Of a stretch of 64,000 bases of DNA, positions 10,712 to 20,752 are shown one piece after another. The DNA comes from an uncultured virus (IMG/VR IMGVR_UViG_3300010345_000473) (taxonomy: Duplodnaviria > Heunggongvirae > Uroviricota > Caudoviricetes). The notes below the pieces were generated by a model that saw only the letters and a program-made list of their open reading frames with translations, did no database searches and was not told where the DNA came from. Each line of letters begins with the position of its first letter. The first letter of the stretch is position 1. Location: the IMG/VR virus record IMGVR_UViG_3300010345_000473. One strand, given 5' to 3'. A program made the position numbers and the translations under genes.

Positions 10712-11383
10712 ATGGCTTGGAAGACGCTTTCACCAGCAACGCGAGCAAATGTGATGAAAGAGTTACACGACGACGATATTGAATTTATTCGGAGCAAGGT
10801 GTACACCGCATACAGTGATATGCGGGGTGTGGAGTATGATGGGCATGGGATCCGATTGCGAGCGGTTCAGGACCGTGTGAAGATATTACGCGCGTTGCGA
10901 TCTGAGGATCCATATCGGTCGAACAAACAAGAGCGAGATCGTCTTGAGATGTATCTCGATTGCCTTGAAAAGATGCTTCCGAATCTTATGGGAGATGTGC
11001 GATTTTATGGTGCAAACGATGGAACACTCGATGATATGCTGGCTCATTTCAGTGATGAACGTCCATGCTTTCAGCGCCCAGCCAAAATTAGAGGCGCTGA
11101 TACGATTGTTGTAATAAACATTCCATCAAAAATTACTCCACTTCTTTTGGAAGAACTGAAACGGCAGTTTTCTGACGTCCCGGGTGTATTCGAGTTTTCA
11201 TGTTCTCCCGAGCACAAGAATGTAATTTATATTCGATGTATTGGGCGCATGCCTCGAGTTTTCGTACATAGGAGAGCTTTATATATGTCGGGACGGGCGT
11301 ATGCGAGACATCTGAAAAACACATATCTAGAATATAAACAAGAAAGGGATGTGATTCGTGATGGCAACAAACATTCACATTGA
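10712..11383 (+). CDS. Hypothetical protein
   Basis: 223-aa ORF with GAGGGG RBS. Confidence 0.65.
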   Translation: MAWKTLSPATRANVMKELHDDDIEFIRSKVYTAYSDMRGVEYDGHGIRLRAVQDRVKILRALRSEDPYRSNKQERDRLEMYLDCLEKMLPNLMGDVRFYGANDGTLDDMLAHFSDERPCFQRPAKIRGADTIVVINIPSKITPLLLEELKRQFSDVPGVFEFSCSPEHKNVIYIRCIGRMPRVFVHRRALYMSGRAYARHLKNTYLEYKQERDVIRDGNKHSH

Positions 11384-12059
11384 GCAGGTGGCGTTTAACT
11401 GGATGATGGGTATTGGTGTGGGAGCTCCATATAATCTTCCAAAACAGACCATCAGCAACAACACAGACAACATCCAGATTGCAGTGGTTTCGAGTTTGCC
11501 CATTTCGTCTCATCCAAACATCATTGTTCTATCCGAAACGTTTATCATCCCACCGCACAATTCTGTGAGTTTCATTCCGCGAATCATTCGACTTGATTCG
11601 GTGCCACCCATTGCACAGATTCCTGGGATCACACTCACAGTTACTGTGGTGGATCTTGTGTCGGGATCATCATGTGCCCCATCGGTGTTCACACAACAAC
11701 CAGCCACAGCACCAACACCCATGGAACAGATTCATATGCCATATGCTCCAGTTCAACAATCACAAGAATCTTCGCATCAGCGGCGAAAACGTCGGGTGCG
11801 ATTGAATGATGATACTCTCGTGAGCCGCGAAGAGTATGATCAGCTGAAAAGCGTCGGCGATCCGAGAACTATTGGTGTGGTTATCCGTCGTCGAGAGGAG
11901 AGCGATGATATTCCTGATGGTGTGGCCACCACACCATCGGTGACTCCTGTGTCGGATATACTTCAGATGTTTGGTGGGGGTGACACGGAGAGCGACGGTC
12001 TCAGCATCATGCCCGATCCGGAAGCAAAAGACTCAACCGCGGATGATTCCAGCAACTAG
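11358..12059 (+). CDS. Hypothetical protein with acidic, low-complexity C-terminus
   Basis: 233-aa ORF coupled to the upstream gene. Confidence 0.65.
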   Translation: MMATNIHIEQVAFNWMMGIGVGAPYNLPKQTISNNTDNIQIAVVSSLPISSHPNIIVLSETFIIPPHNSVSFIPRIIRLDSVPPIAQIPGITLTVTVVDLVSGSSCAPSVFTQQPATAPTPMEQIHMPYAPVQQSQESSHQRRKRRVRLNDDTLVSREEYDQLKSVGDPRTIGVVIRRREESDDIPDGVATTPSVTPVSDILQMFGGGDTESDGLSIMPDPEAKDSTADDSSN

Positions 12060-12097
12060 GACGCAACATCACATTTCATTGTGGAGGGGGACATATT

Positions 12098-12922
12098 ATG
12101 TTTGGTACGAAGACTCGGGACAACGCGTATATTCTTGAAGCAACGATGAGCCTCAGTGGGTTTGCGCCGTCGGTGTTTGTTACTGCGATTCCTATCATGA
12201 ATGGCAAACCCGATCGACAGAATCGTGTGTACTGTCTTCTGAATGTTGGTGATGTCTATTATCTTCTGAATAATATCAAAAACCATCAACAGAATTCTAT
12301 GGTACAAGATTCTCGAGCCAACCAGCGCAACAATCAGACCCCTGTGGGATATTGTGGCCGACATACTGATGGTAAGTTCCATGTGTCAAATGGTTCAGTG
12401 GTGGCGGTGTGTGACCTTGATGCTCTTCAGTTGATGAACTTCGAGGTGTATCTTACTTCGGTGTATCAATTCGCGGGTGTGTATCGAGATATCGTCGATG
12501 CGGTGTGTGAACGATTGGCTGATATGTTTGCACAGGCGGGTTTCCCAAACGTGAAGGCGTATGAGCGGTCGAAGAACGAGAAGCAGCAACAGCCCGGAGC
12601 GGCGGGTGCGTTCCCGCCTCCTGGTTATCAGCAGCATCAACCACAGCCTATGTATCAGCAGCAACCTCAGCCTGCATATCAACAAGCACCGCAGGCCCCC
12701 ATGTATCAGCAGCCGCCCATGCCGCCCATGCCGCAGGGAACGCCGCCGCAGCCTCCGATGCCGCCCATGCCGCAGGGAACGCCGCCCATGCCTCCCATGC
12801 CGCAGGGAACGCCGCAGCAGCCTCCGATGCCGTCCATGCCTCAAGGCGCACCACAGGGAGGGGATATTTCGGCGATTCGTGATATCATCGGGCAGGTCAT
12901 GCAGCCGCAGCAACCGCGGTAA
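12098..12922 (+). CDS. Possible Whirly/PC4-fold ssDNA-binding protein with a Pro/Gln/Met-rich tail
   Basis: N-terminal pattern SVFVTAIP..RQNRVYCLLNVGDVYYL; C-terminal PPMPPMPQGT repeats. Confidence 0.4.
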   Translation: MFGTKTRDNAYILEATMSLSGFAPSVFVTAIPIMNGKPDRQNRVYCLLNVGDVYYLLNNIKNHQQNSMVQDSRANQRNNQTPVGYCGRHTDGKFHVSNGSVVAVCDLDALQLMNFEVYLTSVYQFAGVYRDIVDAVCERLADMFAQAGFPNVKAYERSKNEKQQQPGAAGAFPPPGYQQHQPQPMYQQQPQPAYQQAPQAPMYQQPPMPPMPQGTPPQPPMPPMPQGTPPMPPMPQGTPQQPPMPSMPQGAPQGGDISAIRDIIGQVMQPQQPR

Positions 12923-12941
12923 GTAAATCGGTCTGTATCAT

Positions 12942-12982
12942 AGAGGATGGAATGGGAGAACAACAATCCCATTCCATCCTCT
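12942..12982. terminator. Perfect 16-bp intergenic hairpin without a U-tract
   Basis: AGAGGATGGAATGGGA-gaacaacaa-TCCCATTCCATCCTCT. Confidence 0.55.
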
Positions 12983-13122
12983 GCAACACACGCTGTTCAA
13001 CACTACTCAGACGAAGGGAAAGGTGACGACAAGAAGTGTATTGCACAGCGAAGCATACATTGATGATGCCACCGTTTGTGGCCGATGTGGATATGTTTAT
13101 TGCCGACCGACTTGTACCACAT

Positions 13123-13680
13123 ATGGATAAGATTCTTTGTGGTGAAGAGTCGGTCTTCATCTCCCCGCAATATTCAAACTCTCCAGATGGCAAATCTGGC
13201 CCACTGTTTTATCAATTATTCTTTGATATCGATACCAAACATGTGGGTCAACCCCGCGCCATGGAAACAGCTTCCAAAATCGTTCAAAATCTCGATCGGG
13301 TAGGTGTGGAATATTTCTTTGAGAATTCAGTCACAGGGGTCCACATCTTTTCCAGACATTGCTATGAGATTGATTTCTCATATGAAAAGATCAAGCAGAA
13401 ATACGGCAAACAGTTCACGGTCTCATATCCGGGATTCGACTATGTCAGCAGTTTGCGGAACGTTCCTATCCCACGGGTGGGATCGTATAATAAGCAAGTT
13501 CTCATCAAAGTCCAATCCACTCTGGAAGAAGCATTCAATGACCGAACCAACGAATTGCCCGGCAATGTCATGTCCGAGCAACAACTGATTCGTTTCTGGA
13601 TGGGATTTCTGTTCCCGAAACGTGCATCCCGGTACATATCACAGATGTATCGTGATATGTTTGTCCGTGGCATGAATTAA
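13123..13680 (+). CDS. Archaeo-eukaryotic primase (AEP)/PrimPol-like catalytic domain protein
   Basis: Motif I LFFDID and motif II NSVTGVHI. The ORF track starts at 13036; the ATG at 13123 is chosen here. Confidence 0.55.
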   Translation: MDKILCGEESVFISPQYSNSPDGKSGPLFYQLFFDIDTKHVGQPRAMETASKIVQNLDRVGVEYFFENSVTGVHIFSRHCYEIDFSYEKIKQKYGKQFTVSYPGFDYVSSLRNVPIPRVGSYNKQVLIKVQSTLEEAFNDRTNELPGNVMSEQQLIRFWMGFLFPKRASRYISQMYRDMFVRGMN

Positions 13681-13702
13681 CCTATGGGGGTGACAGAGGC
13701 GA

Positions 13703-15259
13703 ATGTTTACCGTGACTGGATCACACGACATCGTATATACATTTGCGGATGATACAACATATACATATGACTTACAACGACAACACACATTGGTCAGTAG
13801 ATTTGATTATGTGTTTGCTCCAATCAATCTGATTCTCGAAAAGCATCCAGATATTCGGCCAAGGTTTGATAGTTATATTAGATATATGAACGAAGGGCAA
13901 ACAGATGCAGCCATTCATATGATCGATATACTTCATCCAATTGTATCACCCATCGCCGAAGGTCTTGGCTTTTTTGACTATACATATTCAGCTCCACCAC
14001 CTCGGCAAACCCTACTTCATATCGATTCGGCGGAATATAGAATTATTATGGAGACATCGTTTATGTTGAAGATGTTTGGATCATTGTTGTCACATTTCAG
14101 GACAACAAATATGCCACTAGTACGAGCGGTGTACTCTCGGGTATGCGATCGGTTTGTGTCCTGTGGCATTCTGTATAAAATGGAACGTATCATTGACAGC
14201 GTTGTGATGGGGAATGCGGCAAAAGGGCTCGATATGAAGAGTATGTTGTGGGTGATGTTTGCCACATCAAAGGGATTCGAGCCAAACAATGTGGCCCTTC
14301 GGGAACGTAACAACATCCTATATAAGGGTTTGGCCACACTGATGCCTGGAAAAGATCCGGTCAAGTATCTTGTCTCCATGGCGCGAACCGCACTCAACTT
14401 CCAGATGAAGGATCGGATCCCTGTGGTGAATATTGCCACAAATGTACCCATCGAATCAGTTTATGAATCTACGGCAAATGTACTCGAAACATTTGTGTAT
14501 GAAGAAATCACTGCAAATCGTGCACTCACACAGCTTGCCACCGAATATGGGTTTGCGAATCGATTGAAGAATAAGCACGTCGAACCCATCACAGCGATTC
14601 TTGCAGCGCCATTTATGTGCATGGTGCTTGACGTTCCAATGCTTCATCTTACCCAAACATCGACACAATTGTTGCTGAATCTCTTGGTGTATCGATTTAT
14701 GAGTGAGGTGGAACCTGAATGGGAACTGTTTACATTGCTTCGATGTTCCTGCAAAAATCGATATGATAGTGGGAGTGGAGACACGGGTTCTGGGTGTACA
14801 CGAACGGATCTCACAAGCTTGTTTATTTCGACGGATGATGAGGATGGACGTCGATTCTTCATCTCAAAACAACTCGCCACAAAGGTGCGGAATGCGGTGA
14901 AGCAAACTGGATTCGCCGATGTATCTATCTATACATCCAAACAGCTCTGTGATTGTATCTCTCGAGTGCTTCGAAAGTTGTTGTCGTATGATTTCTATGA
15001 TCATTATGGCAACAAAGTCGTGTTTACGAAGCATGCGGCGCTTGTCATGGAATATGTGGAGTATCTATATGGGCTTATCACTGGTCGATATGATGCACAA
15101 ATCCAATGTGCAAAACAATATCTTCGGAATGAGGTGACCAGCAATAATGTCAAAGACCGAGTCCATGGCATTGATCGCGGATGCGCACCTTGGACAGTAC
15201 TGGAAGACGAATCCGCCTCGCGCACGAAAGATCTGCCACACATTCAAACGAACGCTTGA
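13703..15259 (+). CDS. Hypothetical helical protein (518 aa); candidate RNAP promoter-specificity subunit
   Basis: The ORF is clearly coding; the function is only inferred (see findings). Confidence 0.6.
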   Translation: MFTVTGSHDIVYTFADDTTYTYDLQRQHTLVSRFDYVFAPINLILEKHPDIRPRFDSYIRYMNEGQTDAAIHMIDILHPIVSPIAEGLGFFDYTYSAPPPRQTLLHIDSAEYRIIMETSFMLKMFGSLLSHFRTTNMPLVRAVYSRVCDRFVSCGILYKMERIIDSVVMGNAAKGLDMKSMLWVMFATSKGFEPNNVALRERNNILYKGLATLMPGKDPVKYLVSMARTALNFQMKDRIPVVNIATNVPIESVYESTANVLETFVYEEITANRALTQLATEYGFANRLKNKHVEPITAILAAPFMCMVLDVPMLHLTQTSTQLLLNLLVYRFMSEVEPEWELFTLLRCSCKNRYDSGSGDTGSGCTRTDLTSLFISTDDEDGRRFFISKQLATKVRNAVKQTGFADVSIYTSKQLCDCISRVLRKLLSYDFYDHYGNKVVFTKHAALVMEYVEYLYGLITGRYDAQIQCAKQYLRNEVTSNNVKDRVHGIDRGCAPWTVLEDESASRTKDLPHIQTNA

Positions 15260-16286
15260 GGACATCTTAAGCCGAGGGATTCGAACGCTTTGCAACCTCG
15301 GTGATACATTTCATTCGGCAAACATCACCACGGATCTTGGACTGTATATTTTGGACAATGTGATGCCCACACTTCAGAGGTTCGATACAATCTATACCAT
15401 CACTGGGAACCATGATGCGGTGCGTGGTGTGGACAATGTCCAGCGATCCCTTGTGGAGATCATTCTCCACAATGCGGATACACAACGAACGAGAATGAAT
15501 ATATCGTCCGGATCATTCGTTGTTCCGATATCTACCACAGATGCACAGATCATCATGATTCCATATGAAACACATCTCGCCGAGGCGGTTGCTCCCTATG
15601 TGGTACATGCCTACAATGGCACCGCATCATCCATCGTCATCTTCAGTCATTTTACACCCACAGAAATCTTTCCGTATGGACGTATCATGCTCACTGATAT
15701 TGTGGCCTCCATCAAGGAGCAGTTGCCGCATGTCAATATTCCGCTCATCGTTCTTGGGGACTATCATGTACCACACGAAGTAACCATCGGAAACACAAAT
15801 GTTGTGTCGGTGGGCAATATGTATTATTCATCAATCGATGATGTTCGAAAGAATGCATCCAAACGATGGTTTGAATTCAATCCACAAACATTGTCGTTGA
15901 CGCCACACACCATCCAGCTTCCCAGGATCCACACCATCCGAAATGTAAGTGAATTGGATGCAGCAAACACCGATGATGTGTATCATCTTGTTCTCGATGA
16001 AGCCATCGATGTGTCTGAATATGTGGTGAAGGATATTGACATCTACCTTGATGTGGCTGATCAGATGCGGGCCACACAAGAGAACACCAGTATGGATCTT
16101 CTGGAGTCCGCCACAATGATCAACATCCCCACAGCATTTCATCAGTATGTGCAGCGATCATGCCCGAATCCAGTGACACAACAATTTAGTCAACATTTGT
16201 TTGATCACAGAGCGGTGATCACATCATCTACACAACCGATTCCCATGGTGTTGGAAATGTTGAATCATTCGTGTTCCAATTCCTGA
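15165..16286 (+). CDS. sbcD: Mre11/SbcD-like metallophosphoesterase nuclease (T4 gp47-like)
   Basis: ADAHLG, LGDTFH, TGNHD, FSH and LGDYH motifs; close to a Rad50 ATPase. Confidence 0.9.
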   Translation: MALIADAHLGQYWKTNPPRARKICHTFKRTLEDILSRGIRTLCNLGDTFHSANITTDLGLYILDNVMPTLQRFDTIYTITGNHDAVRGVDNVQRSLVEIILHNADTQRTRMNISSGSFVVPISTTDAQIIMIPYETHLAEAVAPYVVHAYNGTASSIVIFSHFTPTEIFPYGRIMLTDIVASIKEQLPHVNIPLIVLGDYHVPHEVTIGNTNVVSVGNMYYSSIDDVRKNASKRWFEFNPQTLSLTPHTIQLPRIHTIRNVSELDAANTDDVYHLVLDEAIDVSEYVVKDIDIYLDVADQMRATQENTSMDLLESATMINIPTAFHQYVQRSCPNPVTQQFSQHLFDHRAVITSSTQPIPMVLEMLNHSCSNS

Positions 16287-16302
16287 TGGAGGGATTTGTG
16301 AC

Positions 16303-16803
16303 ATGCGTTTGTATATCGGCCACAACACATTATGTTATGATATCATGACCGTGGAACATGCGGATTTCGCATCTCTTGCAGAACGAGTAACCACATCTCT
16401 CGTGGGGTATCAGACTATCACATGTCTGCGGGACAAATATATCAATGTCCTTGAACCCGCAGACATCATGGAGACATGTGCACAGAAAATGGATACGTTT
16501 CAAGAAACACTCATTTATACACAACCGCGATTTGTGATTCTCGAGAATATGAACATGTCACATCTTACCCAACAAGAACACATCCGATTGATTGTGGCGG
16601 CCACAGATGCAAAACTTCTGGGATTCAAACTGCCGTATTCACCAGAAAACATCACTACATTGTTTAGTGTTATCTATTCCATGGCACGGAATGTATGCAC
16701 TGATGCATATACTGCATACACACTCTGTCCTGGACAGCTTATCGTGTGGACGAAGGGGGCGATATTTATGAAGTTCTCTCGCGCGAATGCTGAGGCTCGA
16801 TGA
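16303..16803 (+). CDS. Hypothetical protein
   Basis: 166-aa ORF with GGAGG RBS, between sbcD and sbcC. Confidence 0.6.
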   Translation: MRLYIGHNTLCYDIMTVEHADFASLAERVTTSLVGYQTITCLRDKYINVLEPADIMETCAQKMDTFQETLIYTQPRFVILENMNMSHLTQQEHIRLIVAATDAKLLGFKLPYSPENITTLFSVIYSMARNVCTDAYTAYTLCPGQLIVWTKGAIFMKFSRANAEAR

Positions 16804-18614
16804 TGTATATTCGTCAATGTGTTCTGAATAACTTTAGAAAGCATGAACTCCTTACTGTGCCACTCGATCGCATCAATGTGGTGCTTGGTCCAAATGGCGC
16901 GGGCAAGACAAGCATCCTCGAGGCGATCTCATATGCCATGTGGGGCGAAACAGCAAGTGGTGTTACAAAGAACGAGCTGATGAAACTGGATGCAAAGTCG
17001 GGATATGTGCAACTCGATTTCGATTCTGGGTACACACTCTATCGTGAACTCGGGAAGACATCGAAGATTCGATTGTCGCCACCGATCGGATCCACAGAAA
17101 CGGTGCTTGATCGTGCAACGGATGTGGAGTCGTGGCTTCGGATCTCAAAAGCTCACTTCATGGATTTGTTGTATGCATCGCAGGGAGAGATCTATCATTT
17201 CTTCTTGAAGTTCACAAAGAACCAAAAGGAATTCATCGACAACCTGGTGATTCCAGATCCAGCGCTGCTTCAGATGCAGCAGATCATCGACAAAACAAGA
17301 TCGTCCATCGAAACCGAGGTTGTTCGGCTTCGAGCTCAGGAGTCTGCGGTGGTAAATGGCCAACAATACATCGCATCCACATTGTCTCGATATAATGTGA
17401 CTTCGCTTGATGAACTCAAAGGACAGATCGTAAACATTGATGCGAAACTTGCTTCGTTCATCGATGTCCGTCAACTTATTCAGCTTCGAGACGCAGAACA
17501 GAATCTTCGGCTCTCACATGAATCAGTCAAGCTTGAGTACGATAGAGCGATTTCCGCAGTGGATGGCTACGACGAACAAATCGAAGCAAGCGTCAAAACC
17601 ATCGCATCTTCGTTGGAGCAACTGAGTGGAGTACTCCAGCGGGATGCATCTCAGATCCCCGAACCCGAACTTCGACAGATGGTCGCCGAGCGATGTGACA
17701 TCACCACGTATCTGAATCAGATCAAATCCCTCTGTGAGTCGGCGGTGCGATCCGAAGCATTGTCTGTGGAGTATGCTCGGGAGGTATTCAACTACATCGC
17801 ATCGATCATCGACTTCATCAAGAACATCGATTCCTACAAGGCATGGTTTTCCACCACACTTCAGCAACTTGCTTTGGCGAGGCAATCCCATAAACAAGCA
17901 ACTTATAATAGCGAACAGAAACGGCTGAATATTGAACGATTTGTAAATATGATGGCGATCTACGAGCAGAACATCGTCACCGCACATGCCGCCTATGTGG
18001 AGCATGCCCATGGGATCAGCAACCTTGATGAGTATATGAGCATGCAGACCACATTGTTGACTCAACGACAGGATCTTCTCACCGCACACAACAATGTACT
18101 CAACTATCAGAATATGCTTGCTGCGGGAACCGCACAAACCGCTGCGCAAATTGGTGTGTATCAATCGCAACTTGCCATTCTCGAGGAGACATCTGGTGTG
18201 TTCCATCGGGATGGGTTCATTTCCGATTTGCGATCGCAGATCATGAGGGAGTTTGCCACAAACTTCAGTTCGGTGATTGAGTCCTATGGGTTTGATGACT
18301 TGCTTCCCATCACTGTCACTGAAGATGGACAGTTCTTGTTTGGACGGAAAACGTTTCGGATGCTATCAGGTGGGCAACGGATGGTTTCCGCCATCGCACA
18401 GCGGCTTATCTATGCGCGGATGTTGGCACCCACCATGCGAGTTGATCTTATCGGGTTGGATGAACCCACAAGCGAGCTTGATGGACAGCGTGTTGTGGGA
18501 CTTCGGGATTATCTGTCCGATCTGAGTGAGCGTTTTGGAATGCAGATGATCATTGTGACACATGATGAGAATCTGATTCCTGCAGATGCAAATGTCATAT
18601 ATGTGGGGAGCTGA
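16800..18614 (+). CDS. sbcC: Rad50/SbcC-like ABC ATPase (T4 gp46-like)
   Basis: Walker A GPNGAGKTS, Q-loop SQGE, coiled coil, signature LSGGQ, Walker B LDEPTSELD, H-loop IVTHD. Confidence 0.92.
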   Translation: MMYIRQCVLNNFRKHELLTVPLDRINVVLGPNGAGKTSILEAISYAMWGETASGVTKNELMKLDAKSGYVQLDFDSGYTLYRELGKTSKIRLSPPIGSTETVLDRATDVESWLRISKAHFMDLLYASQGEIYHFFLKFTKNQKEFIDNLVIPDPALLQMQQIIDKTRSSIETEVVRLRAQESAVVNGQQYIASTLSRYNVTSLDELKGQIVNIDAKLASFIDVRQLIQLRDAEQNLRLSHESVKLEYDRAISAVDGYDEQIEASVKTIASSLEQLSGVLQRDASQIPEPELRQMVAERCDITTYLNQIKSLCESAVRSEALSVEYAREVFNYIASIIDFIKNIDSYKAWFSTTLQQLALARQSHKQATYNSEQKRLNIERFVNMMAIYEQNIVTAHAAYVEHAHGISNLDEYMSMQTTLLTQRQDLLTAHNNVLNYQNMLAAGTAQTAAQIGVYQSQLAILEETSGVFHRDGFISDLRSQIMREFATNFSSVIESYGFDDLLPITVTEDGQFLFGRKTFRMLSGGQRMVSAIAQRLIYARMLAPTMRVDLIGLDEPTSELDGQRVVGLRDYLSDLSERFGMQMIIVTHDENLIPADANVIYVGS

Positions 18615-18856
18615 TGCGTGATATGGCTGTAACATATGTGATCTATAACACCGATCCAGAGAATAGTGGGTACATTCGATTCATCAACGATCGTACACTT
18701 GCGTTCACAAATGACATCACAAAGGCGCATCTCTTTGAACTACAAGCTGCGGTTATTGAACGGCAGCGGTTATTGTCTGTCGTTAACACCCTCGTTATTT
18801 TGCCGGAGGCATCGCCGCTTCCCACCGCACCAATTACCAATCCGATTTTGAGCTGA
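18614..18856 (+). CDS. Small hypothetical protein
   Basis: 80-aa ORF translationally coupled (TGATG) to sbcC. Confidence 0.55.
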   Translation: MRDMAVTYVIYNTDPENSGYIRFINDRTLAFTNDITKAHLFELQAAVIERQRLLSVVNTLVILPEASPLPTAPITNPILS

Positions 18857-18861
18857 TAACG

Positions 18862-19827
18862 ATGGCTGAACATTCGGTGGGTGTCAATACAGACAAACTG
18901 TGGGTGGAGAAGTATCGACCAAAAACGTTGGATGATATTATTATGCCCGATGATATCCGAACCATCTTCAAAGGATACGTTGCGGCGGAAGATCTTCCAC
19001 ATATCCTGGCGGTGGGTCCACCGGGCACTGGGAAGAGTTCTAGTGCCCGGGTTCTCACCCAACTCATTGCGAAACATTCGTTTGATCGACTCTGCATCAA
19101 CGCATCGGCGGATCGGGGCATCGATACTGTTCGAGACAGCATTCTTGTGTTTATGAAGTCTCCACCGAATGGAAGCAAACGGAAGATTGTATTTCTTGAC
19201 GAGTGTGATTATCTCACTGATCAAGCCTTCGCATCATTGCGTAACCCCATCGAGAATCCGGACTACAACCAGTATCTGTGTACTCGATTTATTATGACCG
19301 CAAACATGATTGCGAACATTCCAGCATACATTCAATCTCGTGTGCAGACCTTTGTCTTCAGTGAACCAGACAAAGGTGTCATCAAGGATCGTTGTTGCGA
19401 GATCTTGAAAACCGAGGGTATCAGTTATACTGATTCAATCCTTGATGGGATCATCAGTGTGGGGTATCCCGACGTTCGTTCCATCATCGGGAGTCTTCAG
19501 CAGGCGAGTTATGATGGTGAACTCCATGCCATCAACACGGTGATCAACACAACTACGGTGGTCGATCTGTTTGTCCGTGTGGCACGATCACAGACACTCG
19601 ATCAAGCAGCACAGGCTCGTGCGGAACTTCGGGATCTCATCTCAGCGGACGATATCAGTTTCGTGCGGTTGATTCCAAAACTACTCGATGCCCTGATGTT
19701 TGATCCGGTGGCGTATTCCATCGCATACAGACATCACCTTGTGGCGTTCCGGAGTGTGAACGAGAAGCATACACTCATGGCAATCTTGGCGGATATTATC
19801 CTTGCTCGGTTTGGGTATCAGAACTGA
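18862..19827 (+). CDS. Clamp loader AAA+ ATPase (RFC small subunit / T4 gp44-like)
   Basis: LWVEKYRPKTLDDI, GPPGTGKS, INASADRGID, LDECD, IQSR. Confidence 0.93.
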   Translation: MAEHSVGVNTDKLWVEKYRPKTLDDIIMPDDIRTIFKGYVAAEDLPHILAVGPPGTGKSSSARVLTQLIAKHSFDRLCINASADRGIDTVRDSILVFMKSPPNGSKRKIVFLDECDYLTDQAFASLRNPIENPDYNQYLCTRFIMTANMIANIPAYIQSRVQTFVFSEPDKGVIKDRCCEILKTEGISYTDSILDGIISVGYPDVRSIIGSLQQASYDGELHAINTVINTTTVVDLFVRVARSQTLDQAAQARAELRDLISADDISFVRLIPKLLDALMFDPVAYSIAYRHHLVAFRSVNEKHTLMAILADIILARFGYQN

Positions 19828-19841
19828 GGGAGGGAGAGAAA

Positions 19842-19876
19842 ATGTGTGGAGAGAGCCCGAAGCTCTCTCCACACAT
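19842..19876. terminator. Perfect 15-bp intergenic hairpin without a U-tract
   Basis: ATGTGTGGAGAGAGC-ccgaa-GCTCTCTCCACACAT, immediately before the next RBS. Confidence 0.55.
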
Positions 19877-19895
19877 ATAGGAGGGGAGGATACCC

Positions 19896-20099
19896 GTGGT
19901 TGATCTGAAGGTTGGAAAGGGATCGGATGTGCTTCGTGTGACTCGCAAAACGTTCAACGGTGTGGAATATGTCGACGTTCGTCGGTGGTACATAAATCGT
20001 GATACGAACGAATATGCGCCAACACAAAAAGGAGTTATGATCCCCGTGGAGATGTGTGAACAAGTGATCGCGGCAATCAAGCAGGAATCGGAATCTTAA
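19896..20099 (+). CDS. PC4/Sub1-family ssDNA-binding protein
   Basis: VTRKTFNGVEYVDVRRWY...YAPTQKGVMI matches the PC4 (p15) consensus. Confidence 0.85.
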   Translation: MVDLKVGKGSDVLRVTRKTFNGVEYVDVRRWYINRDTNEYAPTQKGVMIPVEMCEQVIAAIKQESES

Positions 20100-20685
20100 G
20101 TGATTCAGCGGTATCCTTGATCATATATTGTTCCAATATATTTCGCTCTCGTGCTGCACTGAAGGAGTTCACAAGCACATTGTGCCACTTCGCTCCAAGC
20201 AGTTTTGGCCCGAGCATGGCGGCAACAACACAGAGCTTCTTATAGTACCATGGATCCGTGGCCCAGCCACCCTTGAGCAATCCCGCGAAGAATCCATACA
20301 CACAATCGTGGTTAAGGCGTGCCGTCTTGTATCGACTGGCCTGGAGCAGGTACGAGTAATCGTACAGGAAATGATCAACTGTGTTGTACATGCGGAATCC
20401 CAACGATAGAGATACAAACTTCTTTTTGACGTCGTCCCATTCTTTGGTGGGAGCTTTTGTACATGTTTTATTTGAGTGTGGGATCTTACCAGATGTCCAC
20501 GATTCGGTGCATTTGATACCCGCCAAATTGTTTCCCACATAGTTACGGAAGAAATTCGTTTCATGTGCCATCTGCACCACAGCACCATACACATTCAGGA
20601 GCATATTATGATGCAGCGTTTTTGTCCCATTAATGCTCTTCAAATGTTTATAGAGAACTTCGGTAGAGAGATTTTGATCTAACAT
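20077..20685 (-). CDS. Hypothetical protein (lone reverse-strand gene)
   Basis: About 200-aa ORF; AGGAGG RBS before the ATG at 20685. Confidence 0.6.
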   Translation of the reverse strand: MLDQNLSTEVLYKHLKSINGTKTLHHNMLLNVYGAVVQMAHETNFFRNYVGNNLAGIKCTESWTSGKIPHSNKTCTKAPTKEWDDVKKKFVSLSLGFRMYNTVDHFLYDYSYLLQASRYKTARLNHDCVYGFFAGLLKGGWATDPWYYKKLCVVAAMLGPKLLGAKWHNVLVNSFSAARERNILEQYMIKDTAESLKIPIPA

Positions 20686-20752
20686 GCATGGATGCCTCCT
20701 CACAGACGTAGTCTCTCGATCATTTGTTCGCGGTGGAGGTGGCTAATTTCAG

